In this document: piece by piece, positions 36,201 to 49,012 of the stretch
Layout of the letters: each line of letters begins with the position of its first letter
Position numbering within the stretch: position 1 is the first letter of the stretch
NCBI GenBank assembly: GCA_900088475.1
Contig: FLMG01001570.1
Location: 1 to 64,000, forward strand
Direction of reading: 5' to 3'
Length of the DNA: 64,000 nt
DNA from: Hyphochytrium catenoides
Lineage: Eukaryota > Protista > Hyphochytriomycota
The notes under the pieces: model-generated
Databases searched by the model: none
What the model saw: the letters and a program-made list of their open reading frames with translations, nothing else
What the model was told of the DNA's origin: nothing
Program-made: the position numbers and the translations under genes

Positions 36201-37123
36201 CACTTACTGCTGCCATGTTACCATGTTAGGCCTATGTCACAATAATATAGCTCACAGGATACTCATTCTTCTCCAACCCCTGCCTCATCTTTCCTTTCTT
36301 ACCCAGCCATCATAATTTTCATAGCAGAATAATTGGCCCCAGCAGGATGGCGTGCTGGACCGCCATCTCGCCCCCTCTCGTTCTTGTGTCTTAGACCAGT
36401 AGGTCTCTTCACAAGGCAAAAGAGGATGAGAAGGTGCAGTAGGACAGAATGGACAGGGAAGCCGGCCATCGCAACCCCTTCTGTCACGCCATGAGTTCCA
36501 AGACCCTTTGTCCTAAGCCTGAGTGAGGTGAGAAGACGGAAGCGAAGAAACTAGTTCTACTCTAAACCAAGGAATGAGAAAGAGATGGGAGATGGGCGTT
36601 TGGAAGCTCGATTCCAAAGAGCCCCACTATCCGCTTGGTCAGTTCTTTAGGGCCAAACACTAGAAAGAGTGGTGACCACTGCCCTTTGTCACAACAGACA
36701 ATAGAAGCACAGGCCAGTGCTGTTCATCCTACGACGGTCGACGCACCCCCGCACTAGCCCAAATTGTGAAGGGAAGACAGGAAGGGCCGGTGGCTGGTGA
36801 AAATATCAAGGGAGATTAGTACAGTAACAAACGGCCATGTCCACTTCGAGAGAAAAGGTTGAGACAGAGAGGGGTGACGATGAGAAAGAAGCAAGGGATC
36901 GGGAGCGAGGATAGTTAACTTAGATAAAAGGAACTAATGAGCAAGACAGAGTAAGGGCATGCGAGACAGAGAGCCACACTTGGAGAGACAGAGAGAGAAA
37001 CGGAGAGAACGAAAAAGAGCACGCCAGAGTGTACAACACCCATCAAAAGTGCTGTTTCAGTGTGAGCCCTGAAGCTCCTCTTTCGTCCCACTCTCCACCC
37101 TTCTCTCCCTCCTCCTTGTGGTC

Positions 37124-37154
<31 letters not shown>

Positions 37155-37199
37155 TCTCTCCCTCTCTCTCACTGTCTCTCTCGTTCTCTCTCTCTCTCT
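37124..37199. repeat. Imperfect (CT)n microsatellite
   Basis: Visible CT dinucleotide run about 220 bp upstream of the apyrase ATG. Confidence 0.95.
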
Positions 37200-37419
37200 T
37201 CTGTCATGCACAATAATAATTGTGGGGCACCATCAGCGCCAGGTGAGATTGCCGCTGCATGCTGTTGTTCGATCGGAGTTATTTTCAGTTTTGTGAAGTC
37301 TTTATCACTAGAGCTTCCAGCTCCGTTCGCACCGCCGTGGTGTCTAAATAGAGATTGCTGCAGCAGATCGGTGATCCGGCTAGGCGGTCACCGTTGCTAG
37401 CGGCTGGTTAGGTTAGACA

Positions 37420-38586
37420 ATGAAGCGCTATCGGGGGAATATGCTGAGGGTTTACGCCCAACGCCATCTTGCCCGGCGGTCGACTCCTCTCTTGTTCTTA
37501 GCGGCCTTCGTGATCTTCTTCTACATATCAGCTCCTAGGACAACCCATAATATGGCGATAGAGGATGTACCTACGCCGCTTAGCTCTAGAACGTTGCACG
37601 CTAGGCTTAGAACTGCCCAAATAGGAGTCCAGGACTGCAGCTCTTTCGAGCGCACGGTGGCTGCCGTCGCTGATCTGGATCGGAAGTCTAAAGTAGAGGG
37701 TACTGCTGGGCGCCTGATGTTCCATAGTTATTTCAAGATAGGGACTTTATCCAGAACCTGCAACAACGGCAATGTCGCCTCTTACAGCTTGCGGTGGGAC
37801 GAGAAGCAAGCCATGTTTTCTCATCAGAATGAAGCTGGTCGAGGCTTCGAACTAAGCGAGCTAGTGAAGTTTAATGACAAGCTCTACACCTTTGACGACC
37901 GTACGGGTATCGTCTATGAGGTTCTTCGAGGAGGTGACGGCAAATATGGTGCGGTTCCTCGCCACATCCTTTCGGAGGGAAATGGTTCTTCGTCTGACAA
38001 GGGCATGAAGATTGAATGGGCCACTGTCAAGGATGGCGAACTCTACGTTGGAAGTACGGGCAAGGACTTCACTGACGACGATGGCTACGTCGTCCACCGA
38101 AAAAACCTATGGATAACGCGTATTGACGTGTGGGGTAATGTTCAGACTGAGGACTGGAGTGAGCGGTATGATAGACTGAAGGAGGCCGTCGGAGTACCCT
38201 TCCCTGGCTACATCGTACATGAGGCCATTGAATGGAGCAGCATCCGGCAGCAATGGGTTATTCTACCTAGACGAGTTAGCTCCGAAGCCTACAACGAGGT
38301 TTATGACGAGTCAAGGGGATCCGACGTACTCATCCTTGCTAATGAAGACTTCACAGAATTTCAAGTGAAGCACATTGGTAAGCTCACCAACACGCGAGGC
38401 TTCTCTACCTTCAAGTTTGTCCCTGATACCAGTGACTCTGTAATCGTGGCGCTTAAGAGCGAAGAAAATGAAGCGCTAGGCACTCAGGCCACATATGCTA
38501 CAATTCTCGACATTGATAGCGGAGTTGAGTATGTTCCTGAGACTCTGATGGATTCACTGAAGTACGAGGGCATTGCCTTCATTTGA
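37420..38586 (+). CDS. CANT1: Calcium-activated nucleotidase / apyrase (CANT1/SHAPY family), type II membrane anchor, intronless
   Basis: VADLD, GRGFELSELV.FN.KLYTFDDRTG, KGMKIEWATVKDGELYVGSTGK, GYIVHEA, LPRR, RGFSTFKFVP, ALKSEE, KYEGIAFI. N-terminal hydrophobic anchor. Confidence 0.95.
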   Translation: MKRYRGNMLRVYAQRHLARRSTPLLFLAAFVIFFYISAPRTTHNMAIEDVPTPLSSRTLHARLRTAQIGVQDCSSFERTVAAVADLDRKSKVEGTAGRLMFHSYFKIGTLSRTCNNGNVASYSLRWDEKQAMFSHQNEAGRGFELSELVKFNDKLYTFDDRTGIVYEVLRGGDGKYGAVPRHILSEGNGSSSDKGMKIEWATVKDGELYVGSTGKDFTDDDGYVVHRKNLWITRIDVWGNVQTEDWSERYDRLKEAVGVPFPGYIVHEAIEWSSIRQQWVILPRRVSSEAYNEVYDESRGSDVLILANEDFTEFQVKHIGKLTNTRGFSTFKFVPDTSDSVIVALKSEENEALGTQATYATILDIDSGVEYVPETLMDSLKYEGIAFI

Positions 38587-41543
38587 AATAGCGAAAGATG
38601 CCATTATTTATTTAACTATGCCTTAATTTATTTAACGGCCGCGCTGAGGGTATGGCACTCTCGGTGGCGGGCCTTCCTTCCCAGATATCTCCTCGTGAAC
38701 CCCCTGCTATGAAATCCATCAGCAGTCACATCAGACAGTACAAAGTGAAAATGCCTTTTGCGACTCCAAAGCTAGCAAACCACGGATAAGCGGACTATTG
38801 GCTGGTTCATGGCGGTCCATTTCAAGGGAAGGGCGGAAGTATGGGCTAGATGTGAACCGGTTCCAACGACATCGAAGTTAGGTACATCAAAGCCACCCAA
38901 CAAATTCGGCAGTGTCATTGAGGGAGAAGCGCCTTGAGCACTATTGGAGGAGACGCCTTAGTGGTCAGAATGTACGGAAGCTGGTTATTTATACGCATTG
39001 GCTGGCAGATGACTAGTGTGAAGTGAAGTCCTGATAAATGAAGGCTCAACGTCTACTAAGCGAAATATGACAAATCTGGCCTTGGCAATCACTAGCCATG
39101 AGAGGCACTCGACAATAAGTTGGCGCTTCCAAACTCTATGAATAAGGGCTTCAGCAACTCAGGCAACATTCACAAATACTTGGGGAAGTTTAGGCTGCCC
39201 AGAAGGTTAAAAAGTATAAAGAATAATGACAAAGTGACATTAGATTATAAAGAAGCATCGCCGTCATCTAGTCGGCAGGACATAGAACAAGGAACCCCAC
39301 ACCGAACTTCAGCACACGGAGAACCAATATGCTGCTCAAAACTTGTCTACAATTTCTGCTAACAAAACTTACACCTGGCCTGAGGAGTCCTGAAGATCGT
39401 ATCCTTCGACGTAGGTTTCCTCGCAGGCTGCTCTAGCAACAGGTTAAAAAATAGCAGGGCGCTGACTATCTCCTTCAACAACCTACATGGCGTAACCTGG
39501 TGTCCGGGCGGCTTGTATAGGGATCACGTATCCACAGAGCAGACCACTGCTGTACTGCTAGACAAAGAAGTGCCCATTTTCAGTGTCTCGGAAGATCTAG
39601 AGCCTCTAACTTTAGCGAGAACTGGATGGGTATAGGAGAAAATCCCAAAACCCCTTGCTATCCTTTACGGTCCCGGTGACAGGTCGGCTTCCAATGCTTC
39701 AAACCATCGCTGAAAGCAGCTCACGTCCTTGTCCTTGCTCTGTACTTGGAAGTCTGGATGCTGCGCATGGAAATCCATTAGATCTGATGTTGAATTGAAA
39801 GGAGCTCCTGGCCTCTGCAGTAGCATCTGATGAGATGCATTCCGTCGTGTCTCTCTTCTTTTCCAAAATTTGTACAGACGAACGTTGTGTCTCTGCTTGT
39901 CCACATTTGAGTCCCCTTGATGTGCCTTTGTGCGGCCGGAAATCCCTAGCCAAGCCCCCTTGTGTAGAGTTTTCTTGGGAGAAGACAGTCCCCGCAGAGC
40001 ACGGCCATGTTTCCATGCGATTCTTCGTCGTCGCCAGCGCCGTCCATCATGCTTTGGGACAGTACGGGCAAAATTTCCTCTTTTCATGGTGTCAAACTCT
40101 AGGAGCATAACAAATGAAGCAGTAGGAGTGATACCTTAATGGTCAGTTCTGGCCGTTTCTCCAGCCGCGATCAGCTAGGTCGTCACTGCTAGCTTTGATG
40201 CTTCCAGCTAACTAGTTCGTGTAAAGGCACAGGTCGTCCTCCGCTGTAGAACGCTGAGCTTCTTCTAGCAATTGACTAACAGCAGCAGCAGAACGCTTGC
40301 CACCGGTGCTCAAGAGAGACAAAGTGCTTATGGCACTGAAAGAGAGATCAAACGAGGAGACAGACTTTGTAGAAAACTCCGATGTACCCGGCGCTGCCCC
40401 ATGTCGCGGTGTCTTCTCAAAGATGAGTCACACACTTCATGAGAAAGGCATTGCCTGCAATGATCAAGTCTGAGGTATAACATTAGGAGTCGGTGGCCGG
40501 GACAGGTTGACTCTACGAGTTACGAGCAACGGGGAAACTGCCGGCCTTTTATCCTCTATGGATTCCTGTCGAACCTCTCATCGAGAAAGCTTCAAAATGA
40601 AAGCTTCCAGCTGAAAGCTTCAAGAAAGAGGCAGTGGCTCAGCGAAATACATCTTGGACGTTTCATACTTTCTACGGAAAGTACCAAACTTTACTTTTCC
40701 CAACCCCATTGACCTTTGAGCTTCGCTTTGGATGTCGCACACACACAGTGTACAACAACAACATCAGTTGAGATAAGGTTGGAGAAGGGGGCGAATCAGC
40801 ACCAGCGTCTCTAGGAACTAACTCCAGGACGTTTCCTTTGTTTTATTATTGTAGAACTTGTACAGTACTACGAGTACCGTTTTACCAGAACGTGACAAAG
40901 ACCGCTAGGTACGTTACCACTAGGACTGCTGAGGGACAGACAATAGAAGAAGAAATAAGGGATAACGCGATAATCTCGGTGCTGGTGGCTGCGGGATGTC
41001 ACTAAAGAACACCAAACAGAGATCAGCCTCTTCTCCTTTGTACTATGATGGAGTATGGATTTCTCTTCTACATGCACGTCGTCAAGGATGGTAGAAGTGT
41101 AATAAACGCATCCACGGTTGGCTGTTTCTCTCTGAAGCAACGATTCAAGATGAGGGAGACAAGCAAGGATTGTTGCTGCCACAAGCCCGCTAGTTTCGTT
41201 TCCCTGCAATATATGCCGCAAGACGACTCTTCTTACCTTTCGCCGCTTTCTTCTCATGCAGTCTTCTTTCTCTTCTCACCATCTAACCTGGTGACAACGA
41301 TACAAAATCAGACTGCCAAAAGAAAAAGATCTTTCACTTGATAATAATTAAAACTAACTATCACCGACACAGCCCTAATTGGAAGAAGAATAGGGCGGAA
41401 GTCATGCTGGGTCAAAGCCCATCAGGTATAGACCCAACAAGGCCCTGCTGTTGGTCGTTATTGGTGTGTCGTCAAAGACGACAGACTTCTACTACTACTG
41501 CTACTGGCTCTGCTATAATAAGAAAAGTAAGTATGAACCTAGC

Positions 41544-42038
41544 CTACTTTCGTAGGCTTCTCGCCGACCACTGGGCAGGGGCACTAGGGTTGCACAGTGA
41601 AGGTTCCTCTCGTCCTCCCTTCCACTCACACCGGTACAGATATCTTGGTACCGTAAGCCCATCGTGATATACTTTTTCGTACGGGACGCACTTGACGTTT
41701 TTCTTGGTCCACTCGGACGACTCATCATAGCCCCATGGATTGGGGCAGAGCGCTTGCCATGCTCCTTTGCAGTAGTCACCAAGACCCTGGTTGGAAGAGG
41801 TAGTACTGTCACCGCACACATAGCCCGGCTGGGCCATTCCCGGTAGATTGTATATGGGGATCCACTCCGAGTGACAAGGGCTGTCTAATGTTCCACTAAT
41901 TGAGGTCGGGTCGTAGGGCAGTATTTCTTTCTTCTTGGGGTTTTCAACGCATTGAGAAGGCGAAGAGGCCAACACACCTGATGGAGCGGCCAACAGGGCG
42001 GCCGCGCTGAAGGTGGCACAGACGTAGAAAGCCTTCAT
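41544..42038 (-). CDS. Small secreted Cys-rich protein (164 aa), C-terminus resembling a CBM5/12-type carbohydrate-binding module
   Basis: Signal peptide MKAFYVCATFSAAALLAAPSGVLA. Eight Cys in the mature part. Aromatic pattern PW...YEKVYHDG...YLYRCEW..EEPS...AQW. Confidence 0.65.
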   Translation of the reverse strand: MKAFYVCATFSAAALLAAPSGVLASSPSQCVENPKKKEILPYDPTSISGTLDSPCHSEWIPIYNLPGMAQPGYVCGDSTTSSNQGLGDYCKGAWQALCPNPWGYDESSEWTKKNVKCVPYEKVYHDGLTVPRYLYRCEWKGGREEPSLCNPSAPAQWSARSLRK

Positions 42039-42530
42039 GGTGTATACACCTACGAAAGTGAGGTACTTGCTAAGAGATTCGTCGAAAGTCGGCTCCCTTT
42101 TCACTGATCACTGCAACACGGAGATGAGGGAAGACAGACACAAAAGGCCCAAGCCTACTTATCGCAAGGCTGATGATTTGTACGGACCTCAGTGGAAGTA
42201 TGGAACTGTGCGATCTTGAGCCCATGCAGCCGTCTCTGTCGTCAGCGGCGAGTGCTAGTAGGACGGAGGCGTTGTTGAGGCAGGACCCAAGAAGCGAAGA
42301 AGTACTGTTCAGTACTTTAATGTTGATCAAAAGAAGGTCGTCGCCTCGGTGCCTGGGCGACGTAAGCGGGAAGCAGCACCTCCACCATCGTGCAGCAGAA
42401 GAAGTAGAACTAGTGTAGACAAGTCGTCGTAAGAGAAATATTCGACCTTCCTTTTGTTCTTTCTGTTTATCTGGTTCCTACGGGCGGGAAAGAGAGAGAA
42501 AGGCAGTAGCCCACAGTACTACTACTACTC

Positions 42531-42590
42531 ACTGTATGTACCTCTACTACCGCTGGATGTACCTCCACTACTACTGTATGTACCTCTACA
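42531..42590. repeat. Short tandem repeat, ~3 x 21 bp
   Basis: ACTGTATGTACCTCTACTACC / GCTGGATGTACCTCCACTACT / ACTGTATGTACCTCTACAC. Confidence 0.8.
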
Positions 42591-44635
42591 CGTGTCCAAA
42601 GATTAGAACAGCGCGCAGGCCGAGTACCGCCGCTTGTAAGCGTGTTCAGAGTAGGTAGTTCTAATAGTTTCAGGTAGCTTCCATTAATAGGGCAATTTAT
42701 AAAAGGTAATAAAATCCTTGCTCTAAGAAGCATGACCATCCTCGAGGTGTTTCTTCTCTTCTACTACTGGTACAACTATAGAACATTTGGATGTGCGCGG
42801 TATTATCCTGCTTTGTCGCCATACTACTGTCGCAACGGCATGAACAACGTTTTCAGCTTCCTTGTCTCGCTCGCCGCATCGTGGTTAATAACAATATTGC
42901 TCTATTGTTGACAATTAGTGCACAGCTATTGCACATACAAACGGCGCCAAAAATCGTGGTAGAGCAAATCTCTAATAGCTGACTGATAGCCTTTTTTCAT
43001 GCGAGGATCACCAACAATAGAGCTTCCCGTTGATCAATGGTAAGCTCCTCTGAGCCCATCAGTGGAGCTGCGGCAGCCCTATTTACTATTCCTTCTATAT
43101 CATCATCGTCAAAATGCTAAGAGTGAATTTTTGGTGCAGATGAAGCATCTAAGACAAAATGGAGTGGCCATACGTCGTACTGCTGTACAGTACTCCTTCA
43201 AATCAGAAACAGACGCGCGAGCAGCTCAACTCTTCGTTCTGTAGACTTCTTTCTACTGTGGCACATACCTCGATCGTAAACGTAAGGTGGCGACCAGGTG
43301 CCTTATTGGGAAGGCGTTATTGAAGTACAGACGGAGTTTCTGCCAACCGCAACAACCGCTAGTAGGGACACTTGTTTGAACCCAGCATCGTCATGCAGCT
43401 GGTCGAGAAACCGAGGTAGTTGATGGTCCACCGAAGTGAGCCCCACCAAAAGAAAGACGAGTGCCTAAAACTTCTTTCCCCTTCCGATCATTATCTGAGT
43501 TAGATTAAACGTGACGATACTCGCATAATAAATAATATCAGTCCGCATAGCACCCCTGCGCTGCCGTGACTATTTCCATTTACTACTGACTCCTGGCCTG
43601 ACTTTTCTCATTGCCGTTAGCCTTTTCCTGCCTAAGTGATCCGCTTATTAATATCCAGATGGAAGAAAATTATCTAAGAGGACAAAGATCCTCGCCATTC
43701 TGCTTTCCTCTCTCCATTCCGAAGGTAGTAGTAGGGCAACTCATTGTATGACTCCAGATGGAGCGATAGCTGCCTTATTATCTTTCAAATGAGTAACCCT
43801 TGCCCATAATTCTCCACTGACCCTGAATTTGATGCTGTGAACAGGAAGGAAGAAGATCGATCACGAGAGGCGTGTCAAGGGGTACGTCCCAAAGTCCGCT
43901 AGCTAGGCGTACTATTTGCCTGCGCTGCCGGGGAGAGAGGAACAGGTCTGTGCTATCATCTATGGCAAAATTTAGTAGCAGTCTTGTGGTGGTGCGAACC
44001 AATATTATGCTTTTGCTGTTCGTTCAGGATCATATCCATCATGTCATCAGTACCTTAGATCTCATCCTCCCGAGATCCAGCCACAGCCGTTGTGCAACCA
44101 TGGACCAAGGATCAACAAGCAGGACCTAACAAGGAGGAGCAAGCCTCGTCGTGCGCGGATGGAATGATAATAGCAGAATGACAAAGGATTGTTATTGCTC
44201 TTCCTGCATCTTCTTTCCTTGAAGCATCGAAGCACAAGAAAGATGCTAGAAAACTTGCCTCTAACGTGAAATATGTGAATTAACCACCACGGTTTTGAAG
44301 AGTGGTGAGTTTATTTGACTACTCAGGGCTCATTGGGTCAAGGGGTACAGTACTGTAGATTACCAGGCCACATTGACAGTATCATTAATTCTTAATTTGC
44401 AGTCTTTGACAATTCTTTACGCGGAGAGTTATGTAAATTTACCACGGCTATTTGGAGTTGTCGTCGCTTGTTCTTCTTGTGACGAGACTTCCGTTGTACC
44501 GTCCTGCAACTGCAGATAGAGACGCCATAACATAGAGATCTCAGAGCGAAAGAGACCGAGCCTCACTCACATCAGAGCTGTGAGCCCAGACATCGAGAGA
44601 AGTGTCAGAGACTCTGTATTGGCCCGGCAGGAGCT

Positions 44636-45669
<1,034 letters not shown>

Positions 45670-46666
45670 TTGGCCACTCACCTTCCTTACCTTGTACAGA
45701 GAGTCCATCAGCTGTCTTTATATGATGGAACGTAGTAATCCTCTCCATGGCATTGGCTTGCACATTGTGGCCGTCTTCACTATGGCCTTCACTATAATAA
45801 ATCAGTTAACTGATCTCGTGATCCACCAGTGGCGCGTCAACTATCTAAACACTTCTCGCTCCTCAGCATTAAGTGCTATGACTATGCTTTTCTCATGCTA
45901 ATAGCAACGTCCTGAAGTACGCAATCATCTCTATTCTGCAAGGCGCAGCAGGTGTCGCTTATTGGCTCCCCAAGCTCTACTTACAGAGCTCAGAGCTGCT
46001 CAAACAATGAGGCGTTTGGCCTCTTGGCATCCGTGGCATTCCATCATATTCGGAATGTAGCTTGTACCTATTCTCATTGAGCGACTACCCAGATGTGATA
46101 CATGGCCTGTGACCCCGAAAGCCTGTGATATTAACCTGGCACGTGGGTGTTACAGAAGTTTGCTTACTCTCTCCACCTGTTACGATTTAGAATGATAATG
46201 ATTGCGTGAGGTAGGGCTGATGAACTGATGAAAAAGGAGCTGAGAGCTCAAGTGAGAGCTCAACGACAATGCTTCTTCTGCATCAGACGATGCGATGATT
46301 GCCTGACATCGAAGGTCAATGCCGGACAGCTCGCTCTCTTGCGCTCAACCGTTGCCTACAGTGTGTTAACGCCAGCATCTTGGGCCTCGGACAGTAGGAA
46401 GAGCCATTGGATAGGCAGAGACCCTAAGCACTTATTATATAGTGTGTAAGGACGGCAGTAGTAGGAAGCAAGGGAAGCTCGAAGAGCTATTTGGTAAAGC
46501 CTCTAGCAGGTGTGGACAGCTGTCCAGCCTGAAGCGATATAGGAACTTGACCTGTTGGAAGAGTATGCCGGAGTGAACTTAGTGGGCGTTGCGCCCGCGG
46601 ACTGGCAAGGCTTTAGTTGGAGTCCCACCCCAAGTTGGGCGAGCCAGATATCTGTGACTCATAGGG

Positions 46667-48828
46667 ATGTGCAAAACGTGGGGCACGCATAGTGCGTAAG
46701 TCCTACTCTTCTCGACAAGGCATCATCTCTAGTTGACTTCACCGCTGACGGTTTATGGCTCTTCAGCGCAAAAGTCTGGTGCAACTCGGACTGCTGCGGC
46801 GTGATATGTGCGATCATAACATGGATGCTGATACTCTATGCAGAATATGTTGTCGTGGTGAGTCTTATTTTTAGACGGCTACGTGGACGTTACCACGGGA
46901 CAAGGCTGATGGCTCAGAATATCCTTCCTACTGTCTGCACCATAGGGTGTTCTGATTATCCCTTGGCAAGGGCTGAGTGTTAAGGGCATCAGCAACATTC
47001 TTGCCTTCTCGGCTTTGGCGTTCCTGGCTCTTACCTGCCATGGAAAAGGTGAAGATTTCGTCTTTGTCTGACTTCTACCCTGCATCGCAAAGTAGTACGC
47101 CGTAACCCTGGCCACCCAGGCTCTGGCCTCAAGATGCTCCCACCATAAGCATGCGTGTCAACCTCCGAATCATTATCTGGTCGCTTTATCCTCCACTGTG
47201 ACTCGTCGAGACTCTCTCTTGGCCAGCGACCGCTCTGTTATTTGCAATCTTCCTCTCTCAATATATTCCAACTTGGATGTCTTCTTCTAATGTCTCCGCT
47301 GCCCACCGGCAGTATACTACTCCCATCCTCAACCATGTCTCTATCTAGATCTTTGAGTTAGGAAAATGTCTCTGACCTCCCCTTCCCTTTATGCTCAACA
47401 GCCATGCTCACGGACCCAGGAGCCGTGCCTGCAGACGCTCTGCCTCCTGACTATCTTGAGGAGGAAGATGAACGGTGCGTCCGAGACTACACCTATCTTA
47501 TGCCGTTTGGATAGATGAGAGGCTCCTGTGCTACTCTTAAGACCTCTCCCGTATCTAGAGTTAGCCCTAACCTGTTCCCTCCCTTGTCCACTTCGTCTTT
47601 TGTGCCTTCGAATGTGAAGGGGCCGCAAGACCTATCGATCCTGTCGAAAGTGCAAAACATTCAAGCCCCAGCGGGCACATCACTGCNNNNNNNNNNNNNN
47701 TCCCTTTATGTCGCTTCCTCTGTCTTTGGCTGTGCCGCAGTAGCTTACAGCCTTCCTTGCTTAGCGTTTTGCCTGACTCTTTCTCACAATCTCCTGTGGC
47801 AGGTGAATAACTGCGTAGGACTCGGGAATCACAAGTTTTTCCTTTTGTTTATTGTCTACATCTTCTGGATGGCAGCTTATGCTATGAGTGTCGTAGTCCT
47901 CCGCTACATGGACTGTGTGCGGTAAGCCGCGACGAACTTACCGCTCTTGTGCCCTTGCCTTTCGTTTTTGGGTCTACTTTGCCGCGGCCTTCATTCCGCT
48001 TGGCTCTCTTTTGTTCTCTTTGTGCCCGTTCAGCAGATATGGACCATTTCCTTGTAGGCCTGATTCCCTGTATTTGTTCCCTGAGCAAGCAGATAGGCAC
48101 TAACTTCCTTTAATTACAGCAGGAGTGACTGCAGTGAGAAAGGATGTAAGGAAACGGAAAATCTTTCAAGTCGACGTCGACTGCTGGAAGTTCTAACCTT
48201 TCTCACGCTGCTCTCCGTCCTCTTGCCTATTTTACTTCCCGATCACCTTTCCGGCCTCTCGTCTCTGTCTCCTGGTCGATGACCAGCTCTACACGTCATC
48301 TTCCTCGTTGTGGAGTCCTTGTTGTTTGGCATGTTTACCCTGTGCATGGTCTGCGACCAGTACAGCGTGCTGACAACCAACGTAACGCACATCGATCGCC
48401 TCAAGGGCGAAAAGACCGACTCTACGAGTTTAAGAGCTAACCTTAGCGAGGTTTTTGGTGGTGATGATGGGAGATTTAGAATAACTTGGCTTCTTCCTGT
48501 CACTGTGACCTATCCAAGGTAGGATCACAGAGGTCACGCAGATAAAGAATGAAGTTGAGGAACACGTTAAAGAGTGAAGTTGACAGCGCTACAAGGAGGT
48601 TAGAGAAGAGCACAGCATGCGGAAGATTCTGACTCTGAATCCACGCTGAACGTAGTAACCCCCTATTCCTCCGCCCTTGCCGCTCTTGCCAGCTCTGTGA
48701 AGGTCAAGCTGCTGGGCTACATCTGTGAACCTGACCTGGAGAACATGAAAGCGGAGTTCCACGTACCCGTGGAAGGGAGTACAGGTGATGCACAATTCCT
48801 TTTCCGAACTGATAGGTCTTGGAGCTAA
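46667..48828 (+). CDS. DHHC-type protein S-palmitoyltransferase (ZDHHC3/7-like), multi-exon
   Basis: DCCGVICAIITWMLILYAEYVV, AMLTDPGAVP, CRKCKTFKPQRAHHC[N-gap], VNNCVGLGNHKFFLLF, ESLLFGMFTLCMVCDQ, NLSEVFG...WLLP. The DHHC tetrapeptide itself is expected in the gap at 47687-47700. Confidence 0.9.
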
Positions 48829-49012
48829 AGTCGCGCTATTCCTTCATTTCGCTGTCAAGCAGTTACTAAGGTTCTTGAGGGTGGCTGGTCCGTCGAAAAG
48901 CACATTACATCCGAGTCCGAAGATGAGACGGATGCCTTAGTATAGCCTAGCTGTATGGGTGTTACACTGCCGTATGCTGTTTGTATCTATGGGGACTGCT
49001 TAAACCTATCCA

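Noticed and set aside
36915-37400. ORFs rich in RERE/SLSL (also 58123-58617, 59590-60115, 6065-6378)
   Set aside because: Translations of CT/GA microsatellites or pyrimidine-rich introns.
39380-40108. Minus-strand 147-aa basic ORF with nearby splice-like sites
   Set aside because: No homology signal and no consistent spliced frame. It may be a gene or pseudogene but cannot be supported.
46190-46245. Box C/D snoRNA-like TGATGA/CTGA words
   Set aside because: No proper box C with a terminal stem and no recognisable rRNA guide.
47687-47700. Missing DHHC catalytic motif
   Set aside because: The expected position falls in an assembly gap, so this is not a biological loss.
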